Assembly: GCF_041956535.1 (NCBI RefSeq)
Contig: NW_027192203.1
Span: 310,001 to 374,000, forward strand
From: Calcarisporiella thermophila CBS 279.70
Lineage: Eukaryota > Fungi > Calcarisporiellomycota
Reading direction: 5' to 3'
Length of the DNA stretch: 64,000 nt
The notes below the pieces were generated by a model. The model was not told the DNA's origin. It was given only the letters and a program-made list of their open reading frames with translations, and ran no database searches. The translations under genes and the position numbers were made by a program. Below, piece after piece: positions 63,803 to 64,000 of this stretch. Position 1 is the first letter of the stretch, and each line of letters begins with the position of its first letter.

Positions 63803-64000
63803 ATGTCGCAAGATTTCTTCTCGGCATCCCCATCCTCCTCCGAGCTCGAGACCCCCCCGCTGGATGCCATCTACCCCTTCCAGGCGGGCGCCGCCCAGCT
63901 CGACTACTTCTCCGCCCCACGCCTGGTCGACCCCCGGCTCCTCATGCCGATGTGGGCGACCGATTGGGCAAGAATCGGCTACAGCCCCGCCTTGATGTGG
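63803..64000 (+). CDS. Possible N-terminus of a gene running off the right edge
   Basis: ATG at 63803 opens 66 stop-free codons (MSQDFFSASPSSSELETPPLDAIYPF...) to the window end; TATA-like TATTTAA ~75 nt upstream; no recognisable domain. Confidence 0.4.
   Translation, partial: MSQDFFSASPSSSELETPPLDAIYPFQAGAAQLDYFSAPRLVDPRLLMPMWATDWARIGYSPALMW

Overview
Eukaryotic, intron-rich fungal DNA, most likely from an early-diverging (non-Dikarya) lineage such as Mucoromycota or Zoopagomycota. That placement is inferred from short GT-AG introns, fungal-type PMA1, Arb1 and GT34 genes, and retention of genes usually seen in animals. About 31 protein-coding genes can be spliced by eye. In order: MCM2 (5' part), SRP14, a coiled-coil protein, a BTB/pentapeptide protein, MRPS17, RPL25, Arb1, a SnoaL-like protein, RRP41, CDC23, NNF1, a SAM methyltransferase, PXMP4, OS-9/YOS9, DUF4396, NPC2, a GPI-type surface protein, a UBE2E-like E2, OGG1, NAA40, beta-carbonic anhydrase, PMA1, a Cof-type HAD hydrolase, a GT31-like/GT34 glycosyltransferase, PGI1, an INTS10-like protein, BRO1, an F-box/WD40 protein, a 67-aa YABBY/HMG-like microprotein, cysteine synthase, SNU114 and ATP1. 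A further ORF is cut off at the right edge. The left ~28.9 kb is AT-rich and very gene-dense, while the right ~35 kb is clearly GC-richer, including its introns and spacers. Highlights are an Integrator subunit 10-like gene in a fungus, +1 frame breaks at G-runs in both INTS10 and SNU114 (probably assembly errors), an Actinobacteria-like HAD with one intron, a GT31-like/GT34 fusion, a mitochondria-targeted DUF4396, MCB/SCB boxes in cell-cycle promoters, and a perfect 17-bp inverted repeat. No tRNA, rRNA, CRISPR array or intact mobile element was seen. Family assignments rest on motif recognition from memory, not on database searches.
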